Assembly (NCBI GenBank): GCA_965228895.1
Contig: OZ245842.1
Location: 2,976,001 to 3,040,000, forward strand
Direction of reading: 5' to 3'
Origin: Alphaproteobacteria bacterium
GTDB taxonomy: Bacteria; Pseudomonadota; Alphaproteobacteria; SP197
Length of the DNA: 64,000 nt
The position numbers and the translations under genes were made by a program. Numbering within the stretch: position 1 is the first letter of the stretch; each line of letters starts with the position of its first letter. The notes beneath the pieces were generated by a model. The model did not search any database, was not told where the DNA came from, and saw only the letters and a list, made by a program, of their open reading frames with translations. Of the stretch, positions 37,764 through 47,732 are shown in pieces.

Positions 37764-38237
37764 TTGTCTTGGATCCCTGATCGGCTGGTTTCCGGGGGGC
37801 AGACCGGGGTCGACCGCGCCGCGCTTGACCTAGCCATGGCGCTTGACCTGCCGTGCGGCGGCTGGTGTCCCAAAGGCCGTCGCGCCGAAGACGGGCCGAT
37901 CGACGAGCGCTACCCGCTCAAGGAAACACCGCAGATTGATTACGCCGAGCGCACGGCGTGGAACATCCGCGATTCCGACGCCACCTTGATCATCAGCCCC
38001 CAACCGCTGACCGGCGGCACAAAACTGACCGCCGAACTGGCAAAGCGCCAACCGCGGCCGTGGCTGGCCGTCGATCCCAGCAGCGATCCGGATGCCTTGA
38101 CAAAGGCGCAAGCGTGGTTGGACCAACAACAACCCGGCGTTCTCAACATCGCGGGACCGCGCGCCAGCAAGACACCCGATCACTACCGCGTCGCCTATGA
38201 TTTCCTGATGAGGCTGTTCGATCCCGAAGCGACCTGA
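37764..38237 (+). CDS. Putative molybdenum carrier / YpsA-like SLOG protein
   Basis: VSGGQTGVDRAALD, GWCPKGR, RT.WNIRDSDATL, LNIAGPRAS. Confidence 0.85.
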   Translation: MSWIPDRLVSGGQTGVDRAALDLAMALDLPCGGWCPKGRRAEDGPIDERYPLKETPQIDYAERTAWNIRDSDATLIISPQPLTGGTKLTAELAKRQPRPWLAVDPSSDPDALTKAQAWLDQQQPGVLNIAGPRASKTPDHYRVAYDFLMRLFDPEAT

Positions 38238-38248
38238 CGTTCGTCGCG

Positions 38249-38725
38249 CTATTCCAAACCAATGACACCGCTGCGCACGCGGTCCGGCTCCAGTGCCAGG
38301 GCGTGACAAAGGTCGTCGAAGGTCCTGACTTCGTCGGGCAAGACACGGTTGTCGGCGGCGATGATCAGCCAGGCAACACGCATCAAGGTGCGGGCGCGTT
38401 TTGGTTTCGCCGCCATACGCTCGATTTTGGCCATCAAGATGCGTCGCGACCTCTCAGGCTCGGACCGCAGCGCATGGACGTACTCGTCAAAAATCGAGAT
38501 CGCCTTGCCGGCGTCAAAACCAGCTAGAATTGGCTCGCGCTCCAGGATGGCGTCGATGCGATAACGTTCCTCCAACGACACGTCGCCGTCAGCCTGGGCC
38601 GCCAGCGCGCTGACGGCCATCGCCGCCTTCAAGAACGGGCGGTCGCGAAAACGCTCGACCTCGGCCGATAGTTTCACCATCAAGGGGCCGCGATGTTCGC
38701 GCCTGCCCACGTCATTAACTGCCAT
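38249..38725 (-). CDS. TerB family (tellurite resistance-like) protein
   Basis: AAQADGDVSLEE and IIAADNRVLPDE...LCHAL motifs; GGGAG RBS. Confidence 0.8.
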   Translation of the reverse strand: MAVNDVGRREHRGPLMVKLSAEVERFRDRPFLKAAMAVSALAAQADGDVSLEERYRIDAILEREPILAGFDAGKAISIFDEYVHALRSEPERSRRILMAKIERMAAKPKRARTLMRVAWLIIAADNRVLPDEVRTFDDLCHALALEPDRVRSGVIGLE

Positions 38726-38904
38726 CACTACTCCCAACGCATTCCCAGCAACCGGCGCGGAGCCGGGAAACTACAGCCAAATCCACGTCCTGTCCCTATC
38801 CACAGTTCGTTGGGCCCGGTGTGATCAAGCGCATTGGCAGATGGTCACGAAGCGGACATGCTTAGGCAATCGCCCGTTCTTTGTGCCGCAAGCCTTCGGA
38901 AGCC

Positions 38905-39654
38905 ATGTCAAAACCGTCCGCCTCGACCATTCTGCCGACCGTATTCGCCGAATATCAGCCGATCATCGACCTTTCCCGCAACCGTATGGTGGGCTGTGAG
39001 GCGCTGGCGCGCTGGACGCCGAAGGGCAAGAAGCCGATCAGCATCGGCAGCGTGATCGACGGTATCGAGGCCAACGAAAAGCACGCCATGGACCTGACGC
39101 GGCGCATGTTGACCTGCATCCGCAACGATCTGGAACCGCTGTTGGCCACGCACCCCCACTTTTGCGTGCATGTCAACATTCCCCCTATCGTAATCGGCAG
39201 CAGCGGCGTCGCTACCCTGCTCGAGGAAGCCGACCTTGCCGCCTATCACAGCCAGTTGGTCGGCGAGATCACCGAACGCCAAGCGCTGGATGACTTGGGC
39301 CGCAGCGCCATTCACATGGCGCGAGACGAATTGGGTATGCGTGTCGCCATCGACGATTTCGGCACCGGCCAGTCGGGCCTGGAGCAGTTGATCGGGCTAG
39401 AGGTCGATATTCTGAAGATCGACCAGACCTTCATCGGACTGATCGGCGAAGATCCCGCGGCCGAGCGGCTGGTCCGCGCCATCACCGCCCTTGCCGCCGT
39501 CCTCGACAACGAGGTGATCGCCGAAGGGGTCGAGACATCGGCCCAGGCGACCTTCCTGCGCGACATCGGCGTGAACAAGGGACAGGGCTGGTTGTGGTCA
39601 AAGGCAATCGGACCGCTTGAGTTGGAGACCTGGCTGGAAGCAGCCTCGGTCTAG
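38905..39654 (+). CDS. Stand-alone EAL c-di-GMP phosphodiesterase
   Basis: YQPI, EALARW, VNI, EITE, DDFGTG, LKID, AEGVE, QGW. Confidence 0.9.
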   Translation: MSKPSASTILPTVFAEYQPIIDLSRNRMVGCEALARWTPKGKKPISIGSVIDGIEANEKHAMDLTRRMLTCIRNDLEPLLATHPHFCVHVNIPPIVIGSSGVATLLEEADLAAYHSQLVGEITERQALDDLGRSAIHMARDELGMRVAIDDFGTGQSGLEQLIGLEVDILKIDQTFIGLIGEDPAAERLVRAITALAAVLDNEVIAEGVETSAQATFLRDIGVNKGQGWLWSKAIGPLELETWLEAASV

Positions 39655-39673
39655 CCGCCGGTGTCATGAACCC

Positions 39674-40459
39674 ATGACAACCGGCGACAGCGCAGACGAC
39701 CAGCTTGTCCGTCTTGATCGGCTTGACGACACCATCGCCGTCATCGCGCTCAACAAACCACCGCTCAACCTGATCGATGTTCCCCTGCTCGACGCGCTGC
39801 TGGCGGTCCTGCGCAAAGCAGGCGACGACGATACGGTCCGCGCGGTTGTCATCACCACCGATCTGGCGCGCGCGTTCAGCGCCGGTCTCGACCTCGTCCA
39901 GGTCTTGGACGGCGGTTCGGCCATGATGCGCGCCATGCTGCAACGCCTCTACATCGACCTCTATGATGTCCAGCACACGCTCGGCAAACCGTCGATCGCG
40001 GCGATCAACGGGCTGGCGCGCGGCGGCGGCATGTCGCTGGCGGTCTCGTGTAACATGATCGTGGCCGCGGATGATGCAAGCTTCGGTTACCCAGAGCTCA
40101 ACGTCGGCATTCTGCCTGGCATCCACTTCACGCATCTACCCCGCATCGTCGGCCGTCACAAGGCGTTCGACCTGTTGTTCGGCGGCGAGCCGTTCGACAC
40201 GGCCGAAGCCCACCGTCTCGGTCTGGTCACCCGCGTGGCGGAACCCGGCGAGGCGCGCGCATCGGCGCTTGCGATGGCACGGTCGTTTGCCCAAAAGCCG
40301 CCCGACGCGATGCGGCACGCGCGCGAACACTTCATGCGCATCAACGACCGCGACTACCGCAGCAAGATCGCCAGCGTCGTCGACACCATGGCCACCATGA
40401 TCGACAGCGCTGAAACACGCCATGCGCTCGAGAAGTTCTTGGGCAAGTCGGGCAACTAA
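39674..40459 (+). CDS. Enoyl-CoA hydratase/isomerase
   Basis: FSAGLDL, IAAINGLARGGG, FGYPELNVG. Confidence 0.9.
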   Translation: MTTGDSADDQLVRLDRLDDTIAVIALNKPPLNLIDVPLLDALLAVLRKAGDDDTVRAVVITTDLARAFSAGLDLVQVLDGGSAMMRAMLQRLYIDLYDVQHTLGKPSIAAINGLARGGGMSLAVSCNMIVAADDASFGYPELNVGILPGIHFTHLPRIVGRHKAFDLLFGGEPFDTAEAHRLGLVTRVAEPGEARASALAMARSFAQKPPDAMRHAREHFMRINDRDYRSKIASVVDTMATMIDSAETRHALEKFLGKSGN

Positions 40460-40468
40460 ACGGCCTGC

Positions 40469-41242
40469 CTAACCGCCCGATCTGCCTTGCTGGTTATAGG
40501 TTAGACAAGACGCGTAGAAGGCGGCGAGATCGGCACCGAAGACCGTATCGTGATCGGCAATGAAATCCACAAGATCTTCCCAGGTCAGGCACGCTAGATT
40601 CATATGTCGAAGCGTCGGCAAGAAGTTTGCCTCGAACCATGCCAACTTCGGTTCGTCATACGCATCAACACGGCGCCGTACCACGGCCTCAACGCTTCGT
40701 TTGTTCATCATCTCTTGAAAAAAGCCACGTTCGATCTGCTGTTTGGGCGCCAACACAAAGAAACTCAGGTCGGACACTGACGCTGGGTCTCGTCCGGAAT
40801 GCCGAATTGTTTCAGCCATACAGGCGACGTTGCGAGCGGCCTGGTTGTAACCCGGCGCGCGCCTTGTGCCGGCGGAAAGCGTACTGAACATCTTGGCCTC
40901 GATGACCTTGAGCATTGTCCCGTCAACGTCAAACGACAAGTTGGCGTGGCCCGCACTTCCGATCTGAAAGTGACCTATGGCACCGTCAGCGTGCGTAAAA
41001 CCCTCGGCGTGAGAGTCGCCTCGATACCGGGGCAAGAACGTCGAAGTCAGCATGGCTTCGGAAAACCAAACGGCCGACGCATCGAAGGCGAGCGGATGAT
41101 CGACCGCTCGATTTGCGGCAAACCAGTCGAGAACCAGCCGCAGCATCCAGCCTTCTTCGAACAGCAGTGTTGACGGGAAAACACGATCACCCGACGTTGA
41201 TCTGCAAAGCATGTCCGAAATCCTGGTCAAGATCTGCTGCAT
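40469..41242 (-). CDS. Hypothetical protein, PD-(D/E)xK nuclease-like
   Basis: E..MLR...THADG...VIEAK...YNQAAR pattern; locally lower GC; start uncertain. Confidence 0.5.
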   Translation of the reverse strand: MQQILTRISDMLCRSTSGDRVFPSTLLFEEGWMLRLVLDWFAANRAVDHPLAFDASAVWFSEAMLTSTFLPRYRGDSHAEGFTHADGAIGHFQIGSAGHANLSFDVDGTMLKVIEAKMFSTLSAGTRRAPGYNQAARNVACMAETIRHSGRDPASVSDLSFFVLAPKQQIERGFFQEMMNKRSVEAVVRRRVDAYDEPKLAWFEANFLPTLRHMNLACLTWEDLVDFIADHDTVFGADLAAFYASCLTYNQQGRSGG

Positions 41243-41406
41243 GCCGCAACTATGCATTAGGTTTGCCGGTGATTCACCCACCTCGTTTTTCTCCGGGTGT
41301 AGCGCAACAAAGTTTTCGGCACATTTCACCGCCACGTTATACATTTGAGGCGCTCCCAAGTTTTGAATGGGCTTTTCGTGTGATTGATAACGTGCAGGGT
41401 AAGTCG

Positions 41407-42159
41407 ATGGAAACAGAACCCATCCTGAAGCCGGGCGCGGTGGCGCTTGTGACGGGCGCCAGTGTCGGTATCGGCAAGGCGATCTGCATGCGTTTGTTGG
41501 AACAGGACGCGAAGCTGATCGCTGTCGCGCGCAACCGTGACCGGTTGGAGGCCTGCTTCAGCGATTACAGCGACAGCGTTCACGCGTTGCCGCTTGACGT
41601 GACCGACGGTCCGGCGGTCGCCGGGCTCATCGATAACCTGCCCGAGGCTTGGCGCGAGATTGACATTTTGGTCGCCAACGCCGGTTCGGATGTCGGCGGC
41701 CGGCGGCCGTTCTGCGAGGGCGATGTCGAGGATTGGGCGTCGACGGTCGAGACCAACGTGAACGGCGTTGTCAGAATCTGCCACGCCGTCTTGCCCGGCA
41801 TGCTGGCGCGTGGCCGCGGTCACGCGGTGATCGTCGGCTCGATTGACGCTTTGGGCACGCGTCCGGGTGGCAATGTCTATGCAGCGACCAAACATGCGGT
41901 ACATGCGCTCGCCGACGGTCTGCGCAAAGACTATGCGAACGATCCCATCCGCATCACCGAAATTCTGCCTGGCCTGGTGCGCACGGGTTTTGCCGAGGCC
42001 CGCTTTCGCGGCGATGAGGAACGGGCGGATGCGTATTATGAGTCGTTCGCCGCGTACCTCGAGGCCGACGACATCGCCCGCAGCACCATGTTTGCGTTGA
42101 ATCAACCGGCCCAGGTCAACATCGCGCAAATGGTCATCGTCCCGACGGGCGACAAATAG
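41407..42159 (+). CDS. SDR oxidoreductase (YdfG-like)
   Basis: TGASVGIG, ANAG, S...YAATK, PGLVRT. Confidence 0.9.
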   Translation: METEPILKPGAVALVTGASVGIGKAICMRLLEQDAKLIAVARNRDRLEACFSDYSDSVHALPLDVTDGPAVAGLIDNLPEAWREIDILVANAGSDVGGRRPFCEGDVEDWASTVETNVNGVVRICHAVLPGMLARGRGHAVIVGSIDALGTRPGGNVYAATKHAVHALADGLRKDYANDPIRITEILPGLVRTGFAEARFRGDEERADAYYESFAAYLEADDIARSTMFALNQPAQVNIAQMVIVPTGDK

Positions 42160-42163
42160 TCGC

Positions 42164-43477
42164 TTAGCGCACCTTGGCCAGCTCAGCGCGGTCACGCCGG
42201 GCGGTCCACCAGTCGCGTGCCTGATAGAACCAATAGGCCGACTGTGCGGCGACACTGCCGAACGGCCCACCGGCCCAATCGAGGCCGAACGGCTCGAACA
42301 GCCGGATACGATCGCCCTCACCCGCGATGGCCTCGGCCAGGACCTCGCCGGCGACAGTGGTCGTACCCATGCCCGTGCCGCCAAATGCTTGCGCGTACCA
42401 CAGCCCGGGTTGCCGCTCGCCAATCTGGGGCATCCGGTGACGCGCGTAACTCATGGTGCCCATCCACGCGGATTCATAATGCGCGACATCCGAGAGCTGC
42501 GGATAGACGCGCTTCAAGTCGCCCAGCATTGCGTCAGCCAGCCGCGCCGGTTCGCCGCGCCGCGCGGTCATGCGGCCGCCCCACAGGATGCGACCATCGG
42601 GCAGCGCGCGGTAATAGTCCCCGGCATCGCGCGTGTCGCCGATGGCAAGGCCACACTTAACCGCATCGGCCAACCGTTCGGTCGGTATCGGCTCGGTCGC
42701 CATGACATAGGTCGCGACAGGCAGCACCGCACCGGAGACCGGTGCATAGAGGCCGAGACCGTAGCCACCCGCCGCCAGGACCACATGACGCGCGTTGACC
42801 TGGCCGCCCGGCGTCACGACCAGCTTGTTCTCGCGATCCGGGTCAAGCGTGATCACCGGCGTGTTCTCGAAGATACGCACGCCCTTGGCCTCTGCCGCGC
42901 GCGCAACGCCCAGACAATAGTTCAAGGGGTGAAATTGAAAGGCCTGCCGATTCAAAAGGCCGTCGAAGTAACACGGCGAGTCCGCGAACTCGGCCTTCAG
43001 GCGGTCGCGCTCAACAAACTCAAGCTGGCTGCCGAACGTTTCGGCCATCAGATCGCGGTGGGCCTTCAGACCATCGGGCGAGCTTGTCCAGGATGCGACG
43101 AGCACGCCATCGGTGTTGGGACCGCAGGCAATGTCGTAGGTAGCGATACGTTGGCGAACCAGCCCGACCGCCTCGGCCGTGAGGTCATAGAGCGCACGTG
43201 TGTGGTCGACACCGACCCATTTGATCAGCGTCTCCGTGCCTTGCGAATAACCTTGGCCGACAAATCCGCCATTGCGGCCCGACGCGCCGAAGCCGACCCG
43301 CTCGGCCTCCAGCAAAACAACGCCCTGAACGCCACGTTCGGCCAGCGACAGCGCCGTGTTCAGTCCCGCCAGGCCGCCGCCGACAACACAGACTTCGGCA
43401 TCGAAGGCGCCTTCCAGCCTGGGCCGCTCAGCATCTTCGGTGCGCGTCTGCGCGTAGAAACTATCGATGTAACCCAT
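42164..43477 (-). CDS. FAD-dependent oxidoreductase, PuuB/DAO family, paralog 1
   Basis: VVGGGLAGL, GASGRNGG, FHPLNY, TEP, DYYR, ILWGG. Confidence 0.88.
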   Translation of the reverse strand: MGYIDSFYAQTRTEDAERPRLEGAFDAEVCVVGGGLAGLNTALSLAERGVQGVVLLEAERVGFGASGRNGGFVGQGYSQGTETLIKWVGVDHTRALYDLTAEAVGLVRQRIATYDIACGPNTDGVLVASWTSSPDGLKAHRDLMAETFGSQLEFVERDRLKAEFADSPCYFDGLLNRQAFQFHPLNYCLGVARAAEAKGVRIFENTPVITLDPDRENKLVVTPGGQVNARHVVLAAGGYGLGLYAPVSGAVLPVATYVMATEPIPTERLADAVKCGLAIGDTRDAGDYYRALPDGRILWGGRMTARRGEPARLADAMLGDLKRVYPQLSDVAHYESAWMGTMSYARHRMPQIGERQPGLWYAQAFGGTGMGTTTVAGEVLAEAIAGEGDRIRLFEPFGLDWAGGPFGSVAAQSAYWFYQARDWWTARRDRAELAKVR

Positions 43478-43525
43478 CAGTGAGAAAGACGCCCTTGGGC
43501 CGTTACGGAGAGCAGAAGAACAACG

Positions 43526-44836
43526 TCAGCCCTGGGCGGCATGCAGGCGATCGATACCGGCGCGCGCCTCGTCACGGGCTCTCACGCGATGCCGCAAGAC
43601 CTCACCATACAGTTTACCGAAGGGACCGCCGGCCCAGCCCAGACCGAACGGCTTGAACAGGTGCCAGGTGTCGTCGCCTTGCGCAATGGCACCGGCCAGG
43701 GCCTCGCCGGCGACCGTCGTCGTGCCCATGCCCTGACCGCCAAAACCTTGCGCGTACCAATAACCCTGCTTCAGCTCACCGAGCTGAATCATACGGTGTC
43801 GGGCATAGCTCATGTAGCCCTGCCACGCGCTCTCGGCGCGAATGCCGGCAAGCTGGGGATAGACCCTCAAGAGGTCGCCCATCATCATCCCTTTGAGGTC
43901 ATGAGGTTCGCTGAGGCGAAGACTGCCGCGCCCGCCCCACAGGATGCGCCCGTTCTCCACGCGCCGGTAATAGTCCAGGCTGAACCGCGTGTCGTAGATC
44001 GCGTGATCGCACTTGATTGCCGACTGCAGGAGATCGTCATCGACCGGCTCGGTGGTCATGACATAGGTCGCGACGGGCTGGATCGCGCCGTTGAGTTGCG
44101 CCGCCGCGCCGTTAACGTAACCACCGACGGTCACGACCAACTGGTCGGTTTCAACCACACCTTTATCGGTCGACACCTGCTTGTCGGCGCGATCGCCGTC
44201 GATCACGGTGACCGCGCTGTTCTCATAGATCTTGACGCCCAGGTTCTCGGCAGCGCGGGCTACGCCCAGGCAATAATTCAGCGGATGGAACCAGAAGACG
44301 CCGCGATGCAGCAGGCCGTCGAAGTAGACGGGGGAGTCGCAGAACTCCTCGCGCAACCGCTGACGCGGAATGAACTCGAACTGTTCGCCGTAGTTCTCCG
44401 CGGCAAAATCGCGCCACGCCTTCAGCTCATCGGCGTTGTCGAACCAGGACGCACCCAGGTGACCATCGGGGTTGGGGCCGCATTCAATGTTGTATTTGGC
44501 GATCCGGCTCTTGATCAGGTGCAGCGCATCGACGGTCAGCGCATGAAGCTTTTTGGTGTGCTCCAGACCGACCTGGCGGATCAGACGGTCGTCGCCCGCC
44601 GCATAACCGGTGCCGACAAAGCCGCCATTGCGGCCCGAGGCGCCCCAGCCAACCCGCTGGGCCTCCAAGACCACGATGTCGCGAACACCCCGTTCGGCGA
44701 GACCGAGTGCGGTGTTCAGGCCCGCAAGGCCGCCGCCGACAATGCAGACCGACGCCTTGACCATGCCTTCAAGCGCCGGGCGCGGCTCGTCCTCGGTCGC
44801 TGTCTGGGCGTAATAGCTTTCGATGTATTGGCTCAT
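43526..44836 (-). CDS. FAD-dependent oxidoreductase, PuuB/DAO family, paralog 2
   Basis: Same motifs as paralog 1; start at MSQYIESYY. Confidence 0.88.
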   Translation of the reverse strand: MSQYIESYYAQTATEDEPRPALEGMVKASVCIVGGGLAGLNTALGLAERGVRDIVVLEAQRVGWGASGRNGGFVGTGYAAGDDRLIRQVGLEHTKKLHALTVDALHLIKSRIAKYNIECGPNPDGHLGASWFDNADELKAWRDFAAENYGEQFEFIPRQRLREEFCDSPVYFDGLLHRGVFWFHPLNYCLGVARAAENLGVKIYENSAVTVIDGDRADKQVSTDKGVVETDQLVVTVGGYVNGAAAQLNGAIQPVATYVMTTEPVDDDLLQSAIKCDHAIYDTRFSLDYYRRVENGRILWGGRGSLRLSEPHDLKGMMMGDLLRVYPQLAGIRAESAWQGYMSYARHRMIQLGELKQGYWYAQGFGGQGMGTTTVAGEALAGAIAQGDDTWHLFKPFGLGWAGGPFGKLYGEVLRHRVRARDEARAGIDRLHAAQG

Positions 44837-44846
44837 AATCAATCGC

Positions 44847-45890
44847 TCAAGGGCATGGGTATGTGTAGCGGTGATGAATGTCTTCAACGGCCTCTAGGGT
44901 CTCATCATCCAGCGCCACGTCAAGACACGTCATTGCCGTCTCGAGCTGCGCCATGGTCGTCGCGCCGATAATGCTGGACGTCAGAAACGGCTGCTGGGCA
45001 ACCCAGGCAAGCGCCATGACGCCCGGATCGAGTCCTTTTGAGCGCGCCAGATCGGCATAGGCCTGGGTCGCCGGTTCGGCGTTGACCGGCTTCAGGTAGC
45101 GTGTGTTGTCGGGATTGAGCGTCATACGCGCGCCTTCCGGTCGCGCGCCGCCCAGATACTTGCCCGACAGCGCGCCGGCCGCCATCGGCGCATAGGCCAG
45201 AAGGCCGACGCTTTCACGCATGGCGACTTCGGCACAGCCGGCCTCGAACGTGCGGTTCAACAGGCTATAGGCGTTCTGCACCGCGACGACGCGTGGCAGC
45301 CCCATGGTCTCGGCCAAGTGCACGAACCGCATCATACCCCAGGGAGTTTCGTTGGAGAGGCCGATGTAGCGCACCTTGCCGGCGGCGACGAGATCGCCGA
45401 GCACGGCGAGCGTTTCCTCGATCGGCGTCATCTGTTCTTCGTGGTCGTGGCGATAGCCGAGCTGGCCGAACTTGTTGACCTCGCGGTCCGGCCAATGGAG
45501 CTGGTAGAGATCGACATAGTCGGTCTGCAGGCGCTGCAAACTGGTGTCGATCGCCTGCTCGATATGCCACCGGTTCAGCCGGGGTTCGCCGTCACGAATA
45601 TAGGGAAAGCGCGCGCCGGGCCCGGTGACCTTGGTCGCCAGGATGACCTTGTCGCGGTTGCCGCGCGCCTGCATCCAGGTGCCGATGACCTCCTCGCTGC
45701 GGCCGTAGTGGTCGGCCGACGTCGGCACGGCATACATCTCCGCCGTATCGATGAAGTTGCAGCCGCGCTCGAAGGCATAGTCCATCTGCTCATGGCCTTC
45801 GGCCTCGGTGTTGCGCGAGCCCCACAGCATGCTGCCCAGGCAGATCACACTGACCTGGATATCCGTGTCGCCCAGCCGGCGGTACTCCAT
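44847..45890 (-). CDS. tas: Aldo/keto reductase, Tas-like
   Basis: NFIDTAEMY, LATKV, DLYQLHWPDR, GLSNETPWG, QNAYSLLNR, C-terminal YPCP. Confidence 0.88.
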   Translation of the reverse strand: MEYRRLGDTDIQVSVICLGSMLWGSRNTEAEGHEQMDYAFERGCNFIDTAEMYAVPTSADHYGRSEEVIGTWMQARGNRDKVILATKVTGPGARFPYIRDGEPRLNRWHIEQAIDTSLQRLQTDYVDLYQLHWPDREVNKFGQLGYRHDHEEQMTPIEETLAVLGDLVAAGKVRYIGLSNETPWGMMRFVHLAETMGLPRVVAVQNAYSLLNRTFEAGCAEVAMRESVGLLAYAPMAAGALSGKYLGGARPEGARMTLNPDNTRYLKPVNAEPATQAYADLARSKGLDPGVMALAWVAQQPFLTSSIIGATTMAQLETAMTCLDVALDDETLEAVEDIHHRYTYPCP

Positions 45891-46150
45891 GATGTCCCCT
45901 TCCCTATGCGGCCGCGCATTCTAGCGGGCAGACGCAGGCTTCCAAGGGGAATAAGGGGGACCGTGATGTTTGCGCGTGATGCCTTTCTACTCTCCGCTCC
46001 TGATGTTCAAGCGACCGTGGCCGGGCCGGTTGAGATCGGACTACGCGCTTCAAACTGGTCGAGTGCGTAGCGGCTGTCACACGCAAGGTGAGCTTCATCG
46101 CCAAGTAACAGCATGGCACGTCACGAAGGACAAATGTCACCACTTACCGC

Positions 46151-46954
46151 TCACGCCGCCGCGCGACCCAGGCCCGGCAGGCGGCTGATCAGGAACAGGA
46201 TGAAGGCCGCAGCGACCACCGACGGCCCTGACGGCGTATCATAGGTCAGCGATGCACCAAGGCCGATCAGGACGGCGAGGCAACCGATCACGGCGGCGGC
46301 CAGTGCCATCTGCTCGGGCGTGCGGGTGAAACGCCGCGCCGTGGCGGCCGGAATGATCAAAAGCGAGGTGATCAGCAAAATGCCGACCACCTTCATGGCA
46401 ACGGCGATAACCAGCGCCAACAGGACCATGAAAGTCAGCCGCACGGCAGCGACGTTGACCCCTTCGACCTCAGCCATTTCCTCATGCACGGTCAGCGCCA
46501 GAAGACGGCGCCACAGGAACGCCGCGACCACCAGGACGACCGCGCCGCCAGCGTAGATCCAGATGATGTCGTTGATGCCGACGGCCAGAATATCGCCGAA
46601 CAGATAAGCCAGAAGATCGACCCGCACGTTGGGCAGGAAAGCCAGAACGACGAGCCCGAACGCGAGCGTGCTGTGCGCCATGATGCCAAGCAGCGTGTCG
46701 GTCGCCAGCATGCCACGGCGCTGCATGGCGCCGACCACGAGCGCGACGACGATACACACGACGGCGACGCCGGCGATGACATCGACCTCCAAGAGGAAAC
46801 CCAACGCGATGCCAAGCAGCGCGGCGTGGGCAAGCGTGTCGCCGTAATAGGCCATGCGCCGCCACACAACGAAACAACCGAGCGGACCGGCGACCAGCGC
46901 GATGCCGAGACCCGCCACGACCGCGCGCACCATGAAGTCGTCGAAGATCGTCAT
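46151..46954 (-). CDS. znuB: Zinc ABC transporter permease
   Basis: GPLGCFVVWRRMAYYGDTLAH, YLFGDIL, KVVGILLITSLLIIPAA. Confidence 0.93.
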   Translation of the reverse strand: MTIFDDFMVRAVVAGLGIALVAGPLGCFVVWRRMAYYGDTLAHAALLGIALGFLLEVDVIAGVAVVCIVVALVVGAMQRRGMLATDTLLGIMAHSTLAFGLVVLAFLPNVRVDLLAYLFGDILAVGINDIIWIYAGGAVVLVVAAFLWRRLLALTVHEEMAEVEGVNVAAVRLTFMVLLALVIAVAMKVVGILLITSLLIIPAATARRFTRTPEQMALAAAVIGCLAVLIGLGASLTYDTPSGPSVVAAAFILFLISRLPGLGRAAA

Positions 46955-46961
46955 CTCGCGT

Positions 46962-47732
46962 TCACCGTGCCGCCCCAGCCTTCTCATCGACGACGTTGCC
47001 CGCCATGTCGTGGCTGTGGTCGTGATCGTGGTGGTAGATGGCGAGGCCCGGCACCTCGGCGCCGAACAGCGCGAGGTATTCGGGATTGTTCTGGATCGAA
47101 TCCGGTCGGCCCGAACAGCAGACATGGCGGTTAAGGCAGACCACCGTGTCACTCGCCGCCATGACGATGTGCAGGTCGTGGGAGACCAGCAGAACGCCGA
47201 ATCCACGCTCGTCGCGCAACCGCGCGATCAATCGATAGAGCGTGCCGAGGCCGGATACGTCGACGCCGGCCGACGGTTCGTCCAAGACCAGGAGGTCGGG
47301 ATGACGCAACAGCGCGCGGGCCAGCAGGACCCGCTGGCGCTCGCCGCCGGAGATCGACTGAAAGGCGTTGTCGCTGACATGCAGCACACCGACATCGCGC
47401 AACAGGTCATCGACCTCATCGCGCGGTACGTGTGGCGCGCCCAGCGACAGGAAGCGGCGCACCGACAACGGCAAGGTATCGTCGACGGCGATGCGCTGGG
47501 GCATATAGCCGACTTTCAAACCCGCCCGGCGCATGACCGAACCGGCGTCCGGCCGCAGCAGACCGAGCGCGACGCGCAGCAAGGTCGACTTACCCGAACC
47601 GTTAGGGCCGATCACCGTGACGACCTCGCCGGGCGCGATGGTCAGGTCGACATGAGACAAGACCTGCGTATCGCCGAACCGCACGTCGACGCCACGCACC
47701 TGGACCAGCGGTGATGGATCGGCGGTGGTCAC
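46962..47732 (-). CDS. znuC: Zinc ABC transporter ATPase
   Basis: GPNGSGKS, SGGERQR, LDEP, SHDL, CLNRHVCC and His-rich tail. Confidence 0.93.
   Translation of the reverse strand: MTTADPSPLVQVRGVDVRFGDTQVLSHVDLTIAPGEVVTVIGPNGSGKSTLLRVALGLLRPDAGSVMRRAGLKVGYMPQRIAVDDTLPLSVRRFLSLGAPHVPRDEVDDLLRDVGVLHVSDNAFQSISGGERQRVLLARALLRHPDLLVLDEPSAGVDVSGLGTLYRLIARLRDERGFGVLLVSHDLHIVMAASDTVVCLNRHVCCSGRPDSIQNNPEYLALFGAEVPGLAIYHHDHDHSHDMAGNVVDEKAGAAR

Noticed and set aside
37764-38725. SLOG plus TerB as a defence or stress island
   Set aside because: The genes are convergent, with host-like composition and no other ter or effector genes.
43478-43528. A single in-frame TGA separating the two PuuB-like genes (possible read-through or selenocysteine fusion)
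   Set aside because: A 48-bp open in-frame gap is likely by chance at this GC; both genes are complete and there is no convincing SECIS hairpin.
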